From: the human T2T-CHM13v2.0 reference genome, Homo sapiens
DNA: 64,000 nucleotides
Strand: one strand, 5' to 3'
NCBI RefSeq assembly: GCF_009914755.1
Contig: NC_060931.1
The notes below the pieces were generated by a model. The model searched no databases and was not told where the DNA came from. It saw nothing but the letters and a program-made list of their open reading frames with translations. Every line of letters starts with the position of its first letter. The stretch's first letter is position 1. Both the position numbers and the translations under genes were made by a program. Below are positions 45,721-57,329 of this stretch, piece after piece.

Positions 45721-48250
45721 CTGTACTGAACAACAGATTAAGAATACGAAGATTAATCATCTCTGAAACATTTGTTTGGAAGCCCACAATTGAAATTTAC
45801 ATCACTACTTACAGCATAGGGTGTATTTATTACACCTGATCTCTCTATAGTGTTTAGAAAGTTAATCATCCTATATAAAATTATATTTTGTTGTTTAATA
45901 TTGACTTAAACATTTTAAATATCGAATGAGACCAATTTTATAAAATAAATAACAGGTATGTATAAATAAATGAAAGAGACTGGAAGTAAATAAGCCTGTT
46001 TTAAGTGATTACCACTCAATTGTGGATTTTAAGTAATTTCTTTTTTCTTCATATTTCTGTTTTTAAATTTTCAACAAGCATAAATATGCATATGTATATA
46101 TACACATATGTATACACATATATTTAAAAAATAATATCTCATTACAGATGTTTTTGGTCTTTTAAAAAAACAAAGCTGTAAATATCATGCAATTTAGAAG
46201 AAAGAATTACCCCTCCAAACCCAGACAATCTTATCCAGTCTTTTGACATCGCTTCTGGATCTATGTTCATTATAAATTAAATGGAGGTTCAGAGCTCTGG
46301 ATTTTCCATCAGATGACCTGGATTAGAATTCTGACTCAGCTACTTATAGTAGCATTTACTTAACTTTAGTAATTTTTAGAAACTGTGAAGCACTGATGAT
46401 ACTGAATGCCATACCCCACCCACCCCAGATTGGTGACTTCAGGAAAGTTGCCGCAGCTCCCTCTCAGGTCCGCTGGCCATGCATAGGAAGCCTGTGCAGG
46501 AGCAAAGGAGGCTGCACTTCCACCATTGTACCACTTGGTGGTGCCTTTTGACATCTCCAGCCTCATAGTTTAGGTTTTTCTCCTTTGAATCATTTTTATC
46601 TTCATTCTGAAATTTAGGACCATTCCCCAACTCCCTTCCAACTTCCCTTTTTCATTAGAAAGAAAATTCAGGGAAGAAGGTAACAGTACCTAATTTTACT
46701 GGGTTCCATGTTTAAAATGATTATTAGTAAATTTATTTTGGGAGATTTAAAACAAATTCTTAGTTTCTGTCAAAAGTGTTCTCTGGGAGTAGGGGTGGAG
46801 GTGTATTTTGTTTTGCTTTTTAATGAATTTGTTATGTTGGAACATTAGCCATCCTTAATTAGTGGACTTAAGTGAGTTTTCCACCAATCAAGCTGAAAAA
46901 AAACCTCCCATTTTTGATAAAACCCCCGAAGTCCAGCTGATGCATGGCAGAGATTGTTTGGGTTTGAAACATATGGTGGTTTTAAAAAAAAAAACAAAAC
47001 TGAATCCTCAACCACAAATACATCAGCATTTCAAAGGTTTCCAAAATGTTTGATTCATCACTGTCCCAGCCCCTGAAATTACACAATACGTTCCTCAAAG
47101 TCAAGATAATTAAGAAAGGGCAAGAGTTTTAATTTACAAGATTTTATAATATGTTTCCAGTTCATTACATAGCTGCCACCTTATCTGAATCACATTTATT
47201 TGAAACACTGTTCTGGCGATCCTCACATACATGCACCACTGGAAGTATGAGTTGAACATAAAAAACATAGAAACGAAGGGTCTCGTTTGAACTGAGTCTT
47301 CTTCACTAGGGTATTACACCTATGGGGCCCTATTTTATTTATTTATTTTTTATTTTTGCTGGGGCCCTATTTTAAATGGCACATTTTCTGTTTTACCTGT
47401 ATTAATACTGATGTGACTTTATCTCCTTCCTATCTTGATCTTTTCAAGGCTGTGTTTTGGCTGTATTTATTTTAGAAAGCAGGGTCGCCTGCCGACCACA
47501 ACTGTGAACTTTAATTTTCTAGTTCTATATATCAGGAGGCTAGTCTGCCATGGGGTAAATCACTTAGCCTTTCTTTGTTTCCGTTTTTTTCTACTTGACC
47601 AAGTAAGACTCTTTATTTTCTTTTTAGAGATCCCCCCGCCCCAAAGAATCCACTAAATAATGTATAAGATTTGAGGATGGTGTTTTTTAGGGGAACTAAG
47701 GCAGAGTATTTCCTTTGAGAGGGGAAAATGGCCCATTGTTGAAGCGTAGGATGAGATTCTGATTCTAATTTATTCTCTTTGAACCTAATGGCAAATGCTG
47801 CTCACTGTAAGATGTGGTTCTTAGGGCATTTCCTCTAACCAAACCTTTCCTCCATAAGGCTGGCACCTTTTGAACTACCAAAGAGAAATTCCACCACCCT
47901 CCCCCATAGATCTAAGGCTAAATTCTGTAATTTCGGAGAAAGCAATGATAGGCTAAAGTCGCTGGTCATAGCTAACTTACCCTAATAGCCAGACTCCAGA
48001 TATCATATGATGGTTCCCCACCTACTGCCCAGTAGAACCAACTTGCTCCTTTCCTTTATTCCGTCTCGGTGAATGGCTATCATATGGGTCCACCTGAGTT
48101 TTTAAAAAGGAATATTCTGTCTCTTCTTGATTGTGCGTTTATTCATTCATTACTTTATTCAACAAATATTTATTGAGTCCATCCTTTGTGCCAGGCATTG
48201 GGTTGAGGAGATCAAGATGAATAAGAATCTGAAATGCTTTGGGAAGAACA

Positions 48251-48252
<2 letters not shown>

Positions 48253-48290
<38 letters not shown>
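48253..48290. repeat. (TG)19 microsatellite, followed by (AC)7 at 48314-48327
   Basis: Read directly from the sequence. Confidence 0.97.
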
Positions 48291-48293
<3 letters not shown>

Positions 48294-48809
48294 AGTGTAT
48301 ATAAGCAAAAAATACACACACACACACCTCACATCAGATAGATAGATAGTAATGCTTGTATCCACACTATCTGTCATGACAGTAGGAACTGAGTATTAGA
48401 GTGGTGAGGGTCACTAAGAAGTTAGTGAGTCTGCTGTAAGACCCTAGAATTTCAGAGTAGAACATCATTTAATCCAACTAAGGGAAAGTGTTTTTCCCAA
48501 GGCCACACAATTAGGTAGTGACAGCATGTGGATCACAACCCAGCCTTTTGACTTTTGAATTTTCTTTATTGCTGCACCCAAATGCCTCACTAAAAACAGA
48601 TGGCCTTCGTGGCTGGTTAGCTACATTGAACTTAAAAATAAGGACATGAAATTTGCGATTTGGTGATAATTTCCTGTTCTATCACTTGCATTTCTAATTA
48701 TTAACAAACAAGCAGAATTTTTACTTATAAACTAGAGTATGACCTGACAGAGAAAGTAGGAACTTTAGGTTTAATAGAGAGGGATATGGGGGAAAGAGAA
48801 ACCCAACCT

Positions 48810-49245
48810 TTACTGAGCAGCCAGGCACTATATGTGGATGCCTTGACCTCTGCTGTTACACTTAGTTCCTTTACCAGCCTTTTGAGGCCTGTGGTATTCT
48901 CATTTTACAGATGAAGAGACAGGGACACAGATTAACGACCCACGCAAAGTCATACGCTAGTGAGCCTAGGCAGGTCCTGCTCATCCTTTAGATGCCACTT
49001 TGGCCGCTTCTCCATTATGTACACACAGCACCATGACTCCCTTGGAGGTATTCATCACCGTGGGAACCTTTGCTCTTACTTTCATGATTGGATCCTGCTT
49101 CTGGCACTTGGTGGTGAGCTCCATGAGGGCAGGGGCAGTGTGTGCTGGGCTCACCTTTGTGTGCTTGTCACATAAGAAGCCACTCACCTTTTGTCAAGCA
49201 ACTGATTATAAGAAGTAGAGCTGGGATTCAAACTCGGTTCCCTCT
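48810..49245 (-). mobile_element. MIR fragments with a short L2 piece
   Basis: cattttacagatgaagagac and agagctgggattcaaactc; gtgagctccatgagggcaggg is the L2 3' motif. Confidence 0.6.
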
Positions 49246-52200
49246 GTTACAAATAATCTGTATAAAATTATCTAAGATACTCTAAGATTGATTACATTCT
49301 ATCCTTGCCTATCTAGTAGGTAGAGTAAGAAGAGGTCATTAGAAGTCATTGGGAAAATCAGGAATTAACTTGTTCATGTATCCATCCTTTTGTCATTTCT
49401 TTGGTTCTGTTTATTTTTCCCCCCAGTATCAATTGAGAATCTCTGACGGGAACAGCACTGATAGACTTGGAACCTAGAAAATGTGTCTGGTCAGGGATAG
49501 AAGAAGACAGCATTGTGCCACAGACTTGATTGTGAAGGCATGATCTGTTCTTTCACTAATTCTCAGTTTCATTTTGACCCTTCAGCAAATTCACAACCAA
49601 AATCAAGGTAGGGGAAGGGATGGCACACAGAGGAAAGTGCAGAAATATCATTTATATACCATGTATTCACTCTGAGTGGCCTAACTTTTTTGTTTTGTTT
49701 TTAACCCAATACATGTGTATTTTTAATTCCTCTGAAATTTGTGTTTTCTTAAGGATTTTTAGGTCTGTATTCATTCATAAAATAGATCTGTTCAAATGAC
49801 CTTTTTCTATTCTTATTAGCACCACCAAATCAGTGTGTTTTTAATACTTAGATTCGCAAAATTTCTGGACATTTGGCAAAAGGCACAAGGCTGTCATGGA
49901 GCAGTTGCATGTCTTAGCAGTGAAAGGGACCAGGAGGTGGGAGGTGACGCTGGCAAGGCTTGTGCAGTGCCTCTACCGGCCTCTCTCTGGACCTCCCCTG
50001 CTTATCTCACACTTGACTGGGCCCTGCACTGCAGGGTGGGTAAAGGATAGAATTGCAAGCAGAAATTGTATTTGCTTTTGTTTAGTGAAGCCAAAAGCCT
50101 TAATATTATTTTTTGAGCTCAATGCAAATGGCAACTGACATGAGAGAGATTTTAAGAGCACCATAAGCATCTTTATAATCATGGGGGTGGAGGGCAATCC
50201 GGGAAGAGGGTGTGGGTGGGTGGGTGGCTGTGTGTACACATGCACTCTTTTTAAAGTTGTATTGTGTCTCTAACCTCTCCAAAAAAGACCAGAACCAATT
50301 AGAAAAAGGAAAAGGCCAACTTGACGCACAAAATTCTATATGCATGCCAAATATTGGAGTGAAAAACATGTAGCATTTGACTGAAAAGACACCAACCAAC
50401 CATTAGATTTCTATGGTTGAACACTCTCAAGATCTTGCACTCCTGTATTTCATTTAAAAAATTACTCCCTGAAGTGCAAACTGACTTCAATTTTGAATAA
50501 AATTTAGCATTCAAATTTATAGCCACTTTGAAAACTGAGGGTTTATTTATATCATATGAACTTGAACAGATACTTAATTACAGCAACCCAGCAGCCCTTT
50601 GCACATGGAGAATCTGGATTTGGGAAAAAAAAAAACAAAAAAAAAAACTTCCCACGTAGGTTTTTCCACATTTTTCAGATGCTTTTGTAGCAGCCATCAT
50701 TTATGGGAAATGGCATTAAAATCCTGCCGTAATGTAGTTTAAGTTTAAATTCAGTGCTTCCCAGAAGAGATTTTAGTGTATCCTATAAAGGCACTAAAAG
50801 GCTTATTTTTGTTTTTGTTTGTTTTTGTGGGGGGTGTTTTGTTCTCTTGAAAGTCTGGTTCTAATGAGAGAGATGTTGGTTCCTTGGAATGATCTTTGTG
50901 TGTTAACAACCTGTGCAAAGAACTCCTCTCTTGCTTGTTCTAGCGGGCAAAAGTCATCTTTGTTTGCGTGCAAGAAAAGGTCTGATTGAACTAGGGTGAG
51001 CCTTTCATTTTAAGCAGAGTTAAAGTCTGGGGTGTTTTTAATGTTTTAATCTCTGTTTAAGAGGTTTCTGTTATGAGAGGAAAATTGATAACATTTTTAC
51101 CTCAGCAAACTGCCAGCAAACTGGCTCTGCTCTAATCCCACATTTATAGTGATTTATATTCTCCGTGGCAATGTGCTGTAACCTCAGAGTGATACCACTG
51201 CGGTGTAGATTGACTGCATTCCAAATGCTGGAATCACATACATAATGTTTTTACTTTTAAATAATATTCAGACACCAGAATAAATACCATATGTGCACTG
51301 ATGCTGGTTACAATGGAACCTTGTCATTTCTTGTGAGGGAGAACATTCTTTGTTTCTGATTCCTGTTTGAAATAAGTATGCAAAAGATAAATATGTACAT
51401 TGACAGCATTTTGAGAAGGCTCTGGTAGTTACACAGCTGAGGATGTAGCTATGATTCCTTGAAATGTATCATTTAAAACTAAAAATATTGCTGCATGTTG
51501 CCCCCATCCCTCACTACCATACATGAAGGCAAGGATTGTTATCTGACATTCCCAGAGTAGGGTAGAGCTTTTATATTTTATATCTACAGCAGGCTGTAGT
51601 AAGAGGACATCTGTTGAAGAAAAATTACCTCCGTGAGTACTGTTCATAGGAACAGTGAGACTAACGTGCTGATGACATTATAACAGGGAGAGTAACACAC
51701 TTGATCATGGGAAAGGATGGATTGATTGGAAAGCCGTAATTCAGTGTGAGCCCTAATGTCATCTGATGCTACAAAAGCAGAATTTAGGTGGCCTAACATC
51801 ATCAAAATACAGATAATTAATCTCTCCAGATCAATTTTCCCACATGATAAAAGTTAAGATTTAAACTTTTAATAAAGTTTAGAAACACCTCCCGAGTTAT
51901 ACATTTTTAGATTTTTGTTTTTATTCATCTTGATTGGAATTCAAATCCACTTAAACAGTATTTTTTAAATCAATTTGGTAGAATACCTTTCATATTTGTA
52001 CATCTATACAAACTCCAACAAGTCGATCCACATTTGCTTCTTGGGGAAGCATTTTAATCCACGTTTGCATGATTACTATTTGTTTAGCTATATTGAATTA
52101 GTGCCCATAACATTTTAATAATATTTAGTAGATGATGAAACCCTGGGCATTGATACTGATGGCTTCCCAACCCCTCTGCACCTCTGTCCCCACCCAGTTT

Positions 52201-52419
52201 TGTGAGGTTTGCTCAGAATATATAGTGTGAGATGAATGTGTGAGTAATCCATCACAATTTATCTCTGACATTTCATCTGGCACATAGCTTGGTGGGGTAA
52301 GCCTTGCCTCCTTTGTAGAAGTGTTCCCTGTTATAAAAATGCTCAAACGCCCCTTTTTGCAGTTGGGAAGTTATGACACAAACATTGGACATCTCTGACA
52401 TATTTTTTCTCGTTTTCAG

Positions 52420-52512
52420 CTTTTCGGATGATCCCTTATCCCTTGGAAAAGGGGCACCTATTTTATCCTTACCCAATCTGTACAGAAACAGCAGACCGAG
52501 AGCTGCTTCCAT
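52420..52512 (+). CDS. ST7: ST7 internal coding exon (about exon 14), 93 nt, (T)[30 protein letters not shown]+T
   Basis: ctgac branch-like motif, then ttttttctcgttttcag|CT acceptor; CCAT|gtaagt donor; phase 1 to 1. Confidence 0.97.
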
Positions 52513-54386
52513 GTAAGTCTCACCTCTCTTCAGCCAGTGAGGGTGTGTGGTGAAAGGTGGGGATTGGAAGAGGTGGGAATATCAAAGTTTAGAATGCTCC
52601 TTGTCTTTTATTACTTTTCTCCAAACCCCTGTCCTTGTTTGATAGCATATGTATTAAAGTGAATTATGTGAGTGGGTTTGGCTTCCTTTTCCTCCAAGTC
52701 TCTCCAAATTTATCAAAGGGAAAGATGCCAAAGGATTGAAATGTAGCTGAAGAAACCCTATGTACTGATTGGCCTGAGCACAGAGACCCCTGGTTTGGGC
52801 TGGTGTCTGCTGGGCTGGTCCATTGTGAGGGTTCTGCCTGGGCTCTTCAGCTGGACAGATGTGGTCTGCACCGACCGGAGTTTGAAGAGGAGCTGCTGAC
52901 TGAGAGGGAGCTGCGCATGAGTCATGGGTGGGAGGCCAGCACCAGGAAGCTGGCACCATGGCCAGATGTGGAGTTGTGGGGCAGGGCAGTGTGCTGTGTG
53001 GTGAGGCTGTGCTCTGGCAAGAGGGATTTCCCGTGAGCACCTCGTGGGTTGCATGTAGTGACTCGGAGTACCATGTGCAGAGCACACGTGTAGCCTCAGC
53101 ACTGTATGAAAGCACACAAAAGAAAACCCTGCCCTCGACTACCTTACACTTGCTAGCAGTCTAATGACCCATACCACATGTGGAAAATATTATTTTTCTT
53201 TGCTGTAATACAACATTGTTTTGACAATTCAGGCTAAATGGTTATTATCAAATCATACTATGTACAAGGATCATGTCAGGCTCTTCATGTGGCCCAGACT
53301 TAGGATATATTTTTCTCCCTCAGATAATAAGCTCCAAATTTTAGCTCTTCTCCCTTCTCTGTCCTCTCTCCTGCCATCTCTGCCCTTTCACCAGCCCCAG
53401 TTATATCAATATCTTATAGCTGTAACATATAAGTACTTTCCCCAGAGGAACAGTGTAACCTTAGAGCCCTGGGTGCATAGTAAATTTCCAAACACCAGCA
53501 TCATCAAGCCAGTCATGAATCTCCAGCATGGTGGGATCTGGGTGCAGAACTCAATGGCTGTCATCAGATTGAGGTAGCAGGAGTTGCTCACTTGCCTTCC
53601 TGCCAGCCAGACCCAGTGCGAGATTTGTTACTCAGGGAACTGGGAGATCCCCGTGATGTGTTTCTCACCGTTCGAGTTTGATTGTGAAAAGAGTCTGGTA
53701 CCTCACACATTAGATTTGATTTCAGAAATCCTCACCGTGGGCCCATAGTTTACCTTTCAACTCCCCCTTCAGGGAGATCCTTGTTAAGTTTCGGTTTTCT
53801 GGTAAGAAAGGCAGTTTTCTGAAAAGTACAGTATTTTTAAATGTTTTAATCGAGTCCAATTAAGTTTCCATGGGGATAGATTAGTTATTAGAACAAGATT
53901 ACAGTTCTTAAGAGAAACCTTATAGGGATAATCTTTATAAGCCTGAAATAGGAAATTATGGCTCACATTAATTGAATGCAGTGCTCCAAGTCTGGTCTCC
54001 CTCCAAAATCTTTTTTGGTTGGATGTTAAGGGTGAGGATATGAAGAAGGTAGGTTGTTTTAAGTGCTACCCATAATTTGCACATTAAAAGTATAATTATA
54101 GCCACATGAGGCCCTGAGCACACTTGTTCCGTGTGTTTGAATCCCAGCAGGCTGACCTACCTGGATGTAGTAGGCATATTCGTCTGCATGGAGTTCCTCC
54201 TGGATTCCCTCCACCCTCAGTATTAGCCTTGTGGATTACTGTTGAAGACTCTGAGGAATAGGAGCTGAATGGTAGAGGAAAGGCCTCTAGATCTTGTATT
54301 CCCTGAGGACCATGGAGCCCTCTGGTCCTCTTGGTTAGAGTGGGCTGTTTCTCACGTGCAGTTTCACAGCCTCTCCCCCAGCACCC

Positions 54387-54400
54387 CCAGCAGGTGGCTC
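54387..54400 (+). promoter_or_regulatory. CTCF-like core motif CCAGCAGGTGGCTC
   Basis: Close match to the CCASYAGRKGGCRS consensus; motif only, no binding data. Confidence 0.4.
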
Positions 54401-55258
54401 TTTCTCCTCCTGCAGGCCCGCCCCATTGACCCAGGCAGTCTCTCAGGCAGCCTCATCATGAGCACAGAGAAGGAGGCGATTCTCTTGACCTCTGTACCAC
54501 AGCTTTTTGGTTTTCCCAAACCCAATGTTTGAAATATAATATAAAAATTATAGAGGGCACTCTAAAGAGCACCAGCTTTTCTTGTTTTTTTGATGATTGT
54601 TGGAAGTGTATTTGTCATCAAGAGTCTCTTACAATTGTGCCAGATAACCCTAGCAGTCTTGACCTTCCCTCCTTGCAGTTTGAATAGACCTACATGTGAG
54701 GTCCTTGCTGGATATCTCTCTATGAGGGTGGCACCCTCCACTGATATACTTAGAGGGTGCCAGGAAAAAATACAGGAGAAACTAGTATCATCTCATTATA
54801 ATGATTTTTTAAATACAGGAAGGAAAAAATATAGACGGGATACCTTTTTTCCCTGTATACTCGGTTTTGGATTTTCCAGGTTTTGTACAATGAACACGTG
54901 TTTTGTAATTTGAGTAAATTACAAATTGTTTCAGCTGTGTTTGCTTTTGAGAAAAAAATACTATACATTAGGCATAGGCGGTGCTCCTCTTCCCTCCCAT
55001 GAAGGCGTGACACCCTCAAATCAGCCCCCTCCTGCCTCAATTTAGAGTGCTGAAGGCTGGATGGAGACTTGCGACCAGCAGATGGGCCTCCAAAGGCTGG
55101 GTCAGATGTTGGCTATGGTTTGTCAGGTGTGCTATTTTTTCATTTCCCATAGGCTTCCAACTCTTTCCCAAGCTCTGGAGTCAGTGCCACCATAAAGACC
55201 TCCCCTGAGAGTGCAGTTTACTCCAGCCCTGATATTTCCCTTTTGGTCTTCTCCACAG

Positions 55259-55398
55259 CTTTCCATGAAGTCTCAGTTTACCCAAAGAAGGAGCTTCCCT
55301 TCTTTATTCTCTTTACTGCTGGATTATGTTCCTTCACAGCCATGCTGGCCCTCCTGACACATCAGTTCCCGGAACTTATGGGGGTCTTCGCAAAAGCT
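55259..55398 (+). CDS. ST7: ST7 penultimate coding exon (about exon 15), 140 nt, includes hydrophobic putative TM segment [21 protein letters not shown]
   Basis: ggtcttctccacag|CT acceptor and GCT|gtgagt donor; phase 1 to 0; contained in ORF 55243..55467. Confidence 0.97.
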
Positions 55399-56196
55399 GT
55401 GAGTGTTTGCCTAGAGGGAGGCCTTGGGGAATGGATGGGGAAAGCCAAGGGCATAAAAGCAGCGTGAGAGAAATGGGGTTGCCTTACAGAAATGGGTACG
55501 AGCCTGCAAAGATCATTGCTCACCATTTAATTTTCATGATCATCAATGGAATCAAAGCATTAAGGGTCAAATGAGAAAGTGCAGGTTGTTACTGCATGCC
55601 TTGCCTCATTTCACAACAAATTCTTAGCAGTTTCCAAAAAATGCAGGAGGTCCAAAAGGATGGAATGATTTAGGAAATCCTAGCAAATGAAAATGTGTGG
55701 GAAGTTACTCGGTTTTCTGTAAATTGAATGACATTATTTCCAATCGTTGGATATTGTGGGTCTTTCCTTAGTGAAGGATGAGATTTACATTTTCAAAGAT
55801 GATTTAAATAATTTTTTTTAATGGCTGCAAACCCTTGGCTTGTCTAAGGAATGAACAGAGGGTGTAAAGGGCTTATTAAGAAGTAAACTGAAATGACATT
55901 TAGAAATATGGAAATCCATTAAGAGTCTTTAAGGAGCTTGGGGAGAGGAGCTTTAATAAGAAAAGCCATCTGCATTGACAGCCAAGAACCATTGTTTCTT
56001 TGTTGAAAACTGACCATTTCAACCTGCACATGCAGTTGAGGATAAGTTTACTGATCTTGCCACAGATGAGTTTCAAACAGAAGGAATAAGGAAAACAGTA
56101 TCAATTGTTTCCCTGGAACTCCATTCAGATTTCAAGGCGAGTGCAATCAGAAAGGATGATTTCTAACTTGGCTGGGTTGATTTAATCCCTTTCCAG

Positions 56197-56316
56197 ATGA
56201 TTGACATTTTCTGCTCGGCAGAGTTCAGGGACTGGAATTGCAAGAGTATTTTCATGCGTGTTGAAGATGAACTGGAAATCCCTCCGGCACCTCAATCTCA
56301 ACATTTCCAAAACTGA
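56197..56316 (+). CDS. ST7: ST7 proximal alternative last exon, CDS part: MIDIFCSAEFRDWNCKSIFMRVEDELEIPPAPQSQHFQN*
   Basis: tttaatccctttccag|ATG acceptor, phase 0, 39 codons then TGA 56314-56316; recognised as one known ST7 C-terminus. Confidence 0.92.
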   Translation: MIDIFCSAEFRDWNCKSIFMRVEDELEIPPAPQSQHFQN

Positions 56317-57250
56317 ACTCATCACCCCTCTTCCCCCACCACCAAAACTGCTCCTCCTCCTGTATTCCTGACCTCCGCCATCCACCCCGTTGCTCAAGCC
56401 GGAAACTCGGCAGCCCTTCCAAACTCTTCCCTCTCTCACTCCCCACATCCCATCGTCTCGGCCTTCACAATCTGTCAGTTCTAACCTCCTAAGCAACTAG
56501 GCCTTCAGTAAATGTGATTCACCTCTTCTTTCCCTCCTTTTCCCAAAGCATCCCTCTTAGTCTAGGTCCTTGTTGTTTCTTGCCTGAACTCCTGCCATAG
56601 TCTTAACTGGTCTCCTTGCTTCCTGTCTTATCCTCCACCGTCTTTCTTTTATACTGACACAAGAATGGTCTTTCTGAATTGCACATGTGAGCATGTCACT
56701 TCCCTGCTTAAATTTCTCCAGTGGATTCCCAGGGACTTCAGGATCAAGTCCTAGTTGTTCAGCATGGCATCCAAGACTCTTTATGATCTGGCCCTTGCTT
56801 ACCTCTCAGCCTTAGCTCTCCCAACTCTTGCACAGTCACTGCTCTTCAGCCATAGTGGATCACTCACCATTCCCAGATGTACCAGGCTCTCGCACACCTC
56901 TGCACCTTTGCACGTGCTGTTTGCTGTGCGTGGAATGCCCTTCACTGTCACCACCCTGCTCATCCACTCTACTAATGCCTCTTCATTCTTTTATACTCAG
57001 CTTTCTTTAAAGTTCTTCTAAGCTGAGTTAGGTGTCTGTCCTTTATGATCCCGCAGTATTCCATGAATACGTATATTCTCACATTTATTGTACTGTATTA
57101 TAATTGTTGAAAACTTGTCTGTCCCATTTAGAATGTGAGCTCCTTGAGAGCAGAACGGTGTCTTCATTATCTCTGTATCCCCAAGGCTTTGCACAGTGCC
57201 TTGCTCATAGTAGGTTTTCAATAAATGATTATTAAATAAATAATAAATGG
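56272..57250 (+). mobile_element. L2 LINE, about 1 kb 3' portion, overlapping the ST7 proximal last exon
   Basis: ggcacctcaatctcaacatttccaaaactgaactc, catgtcacttccctgcttaa, and the terminal gaatgtgagctccttgag...cacagtgcc...catagtagg...caataaat are hallmark L2 motifs in colinear order. Confidence 0.9.
57220..57247 (+). terminator. Poly(A) signal cluster for the proximal last exon
   Basis: AATAAA at 57220-57225, 57235-57240 and 57242-57247, plus ATTAAA 57231-57236, at the 3' terminus of an L2. Confidence 0.75.
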
Positions 57251-57329
57251 TAGTGGTCTCTGCAGAAAGAATCAATGGAAAAATCAGATACAGCTTAGTA
57301 TTTTTTTTTCTCTTCTTGTATACTTATAA

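Noticed and set aside
52654-53117. Longest ORFs in the track (153 aa and 119 aa, minus strand)
   Set aside because: GC-rich intron with overlapping ORFs in several frames, low-information peptides and no recognisable family.
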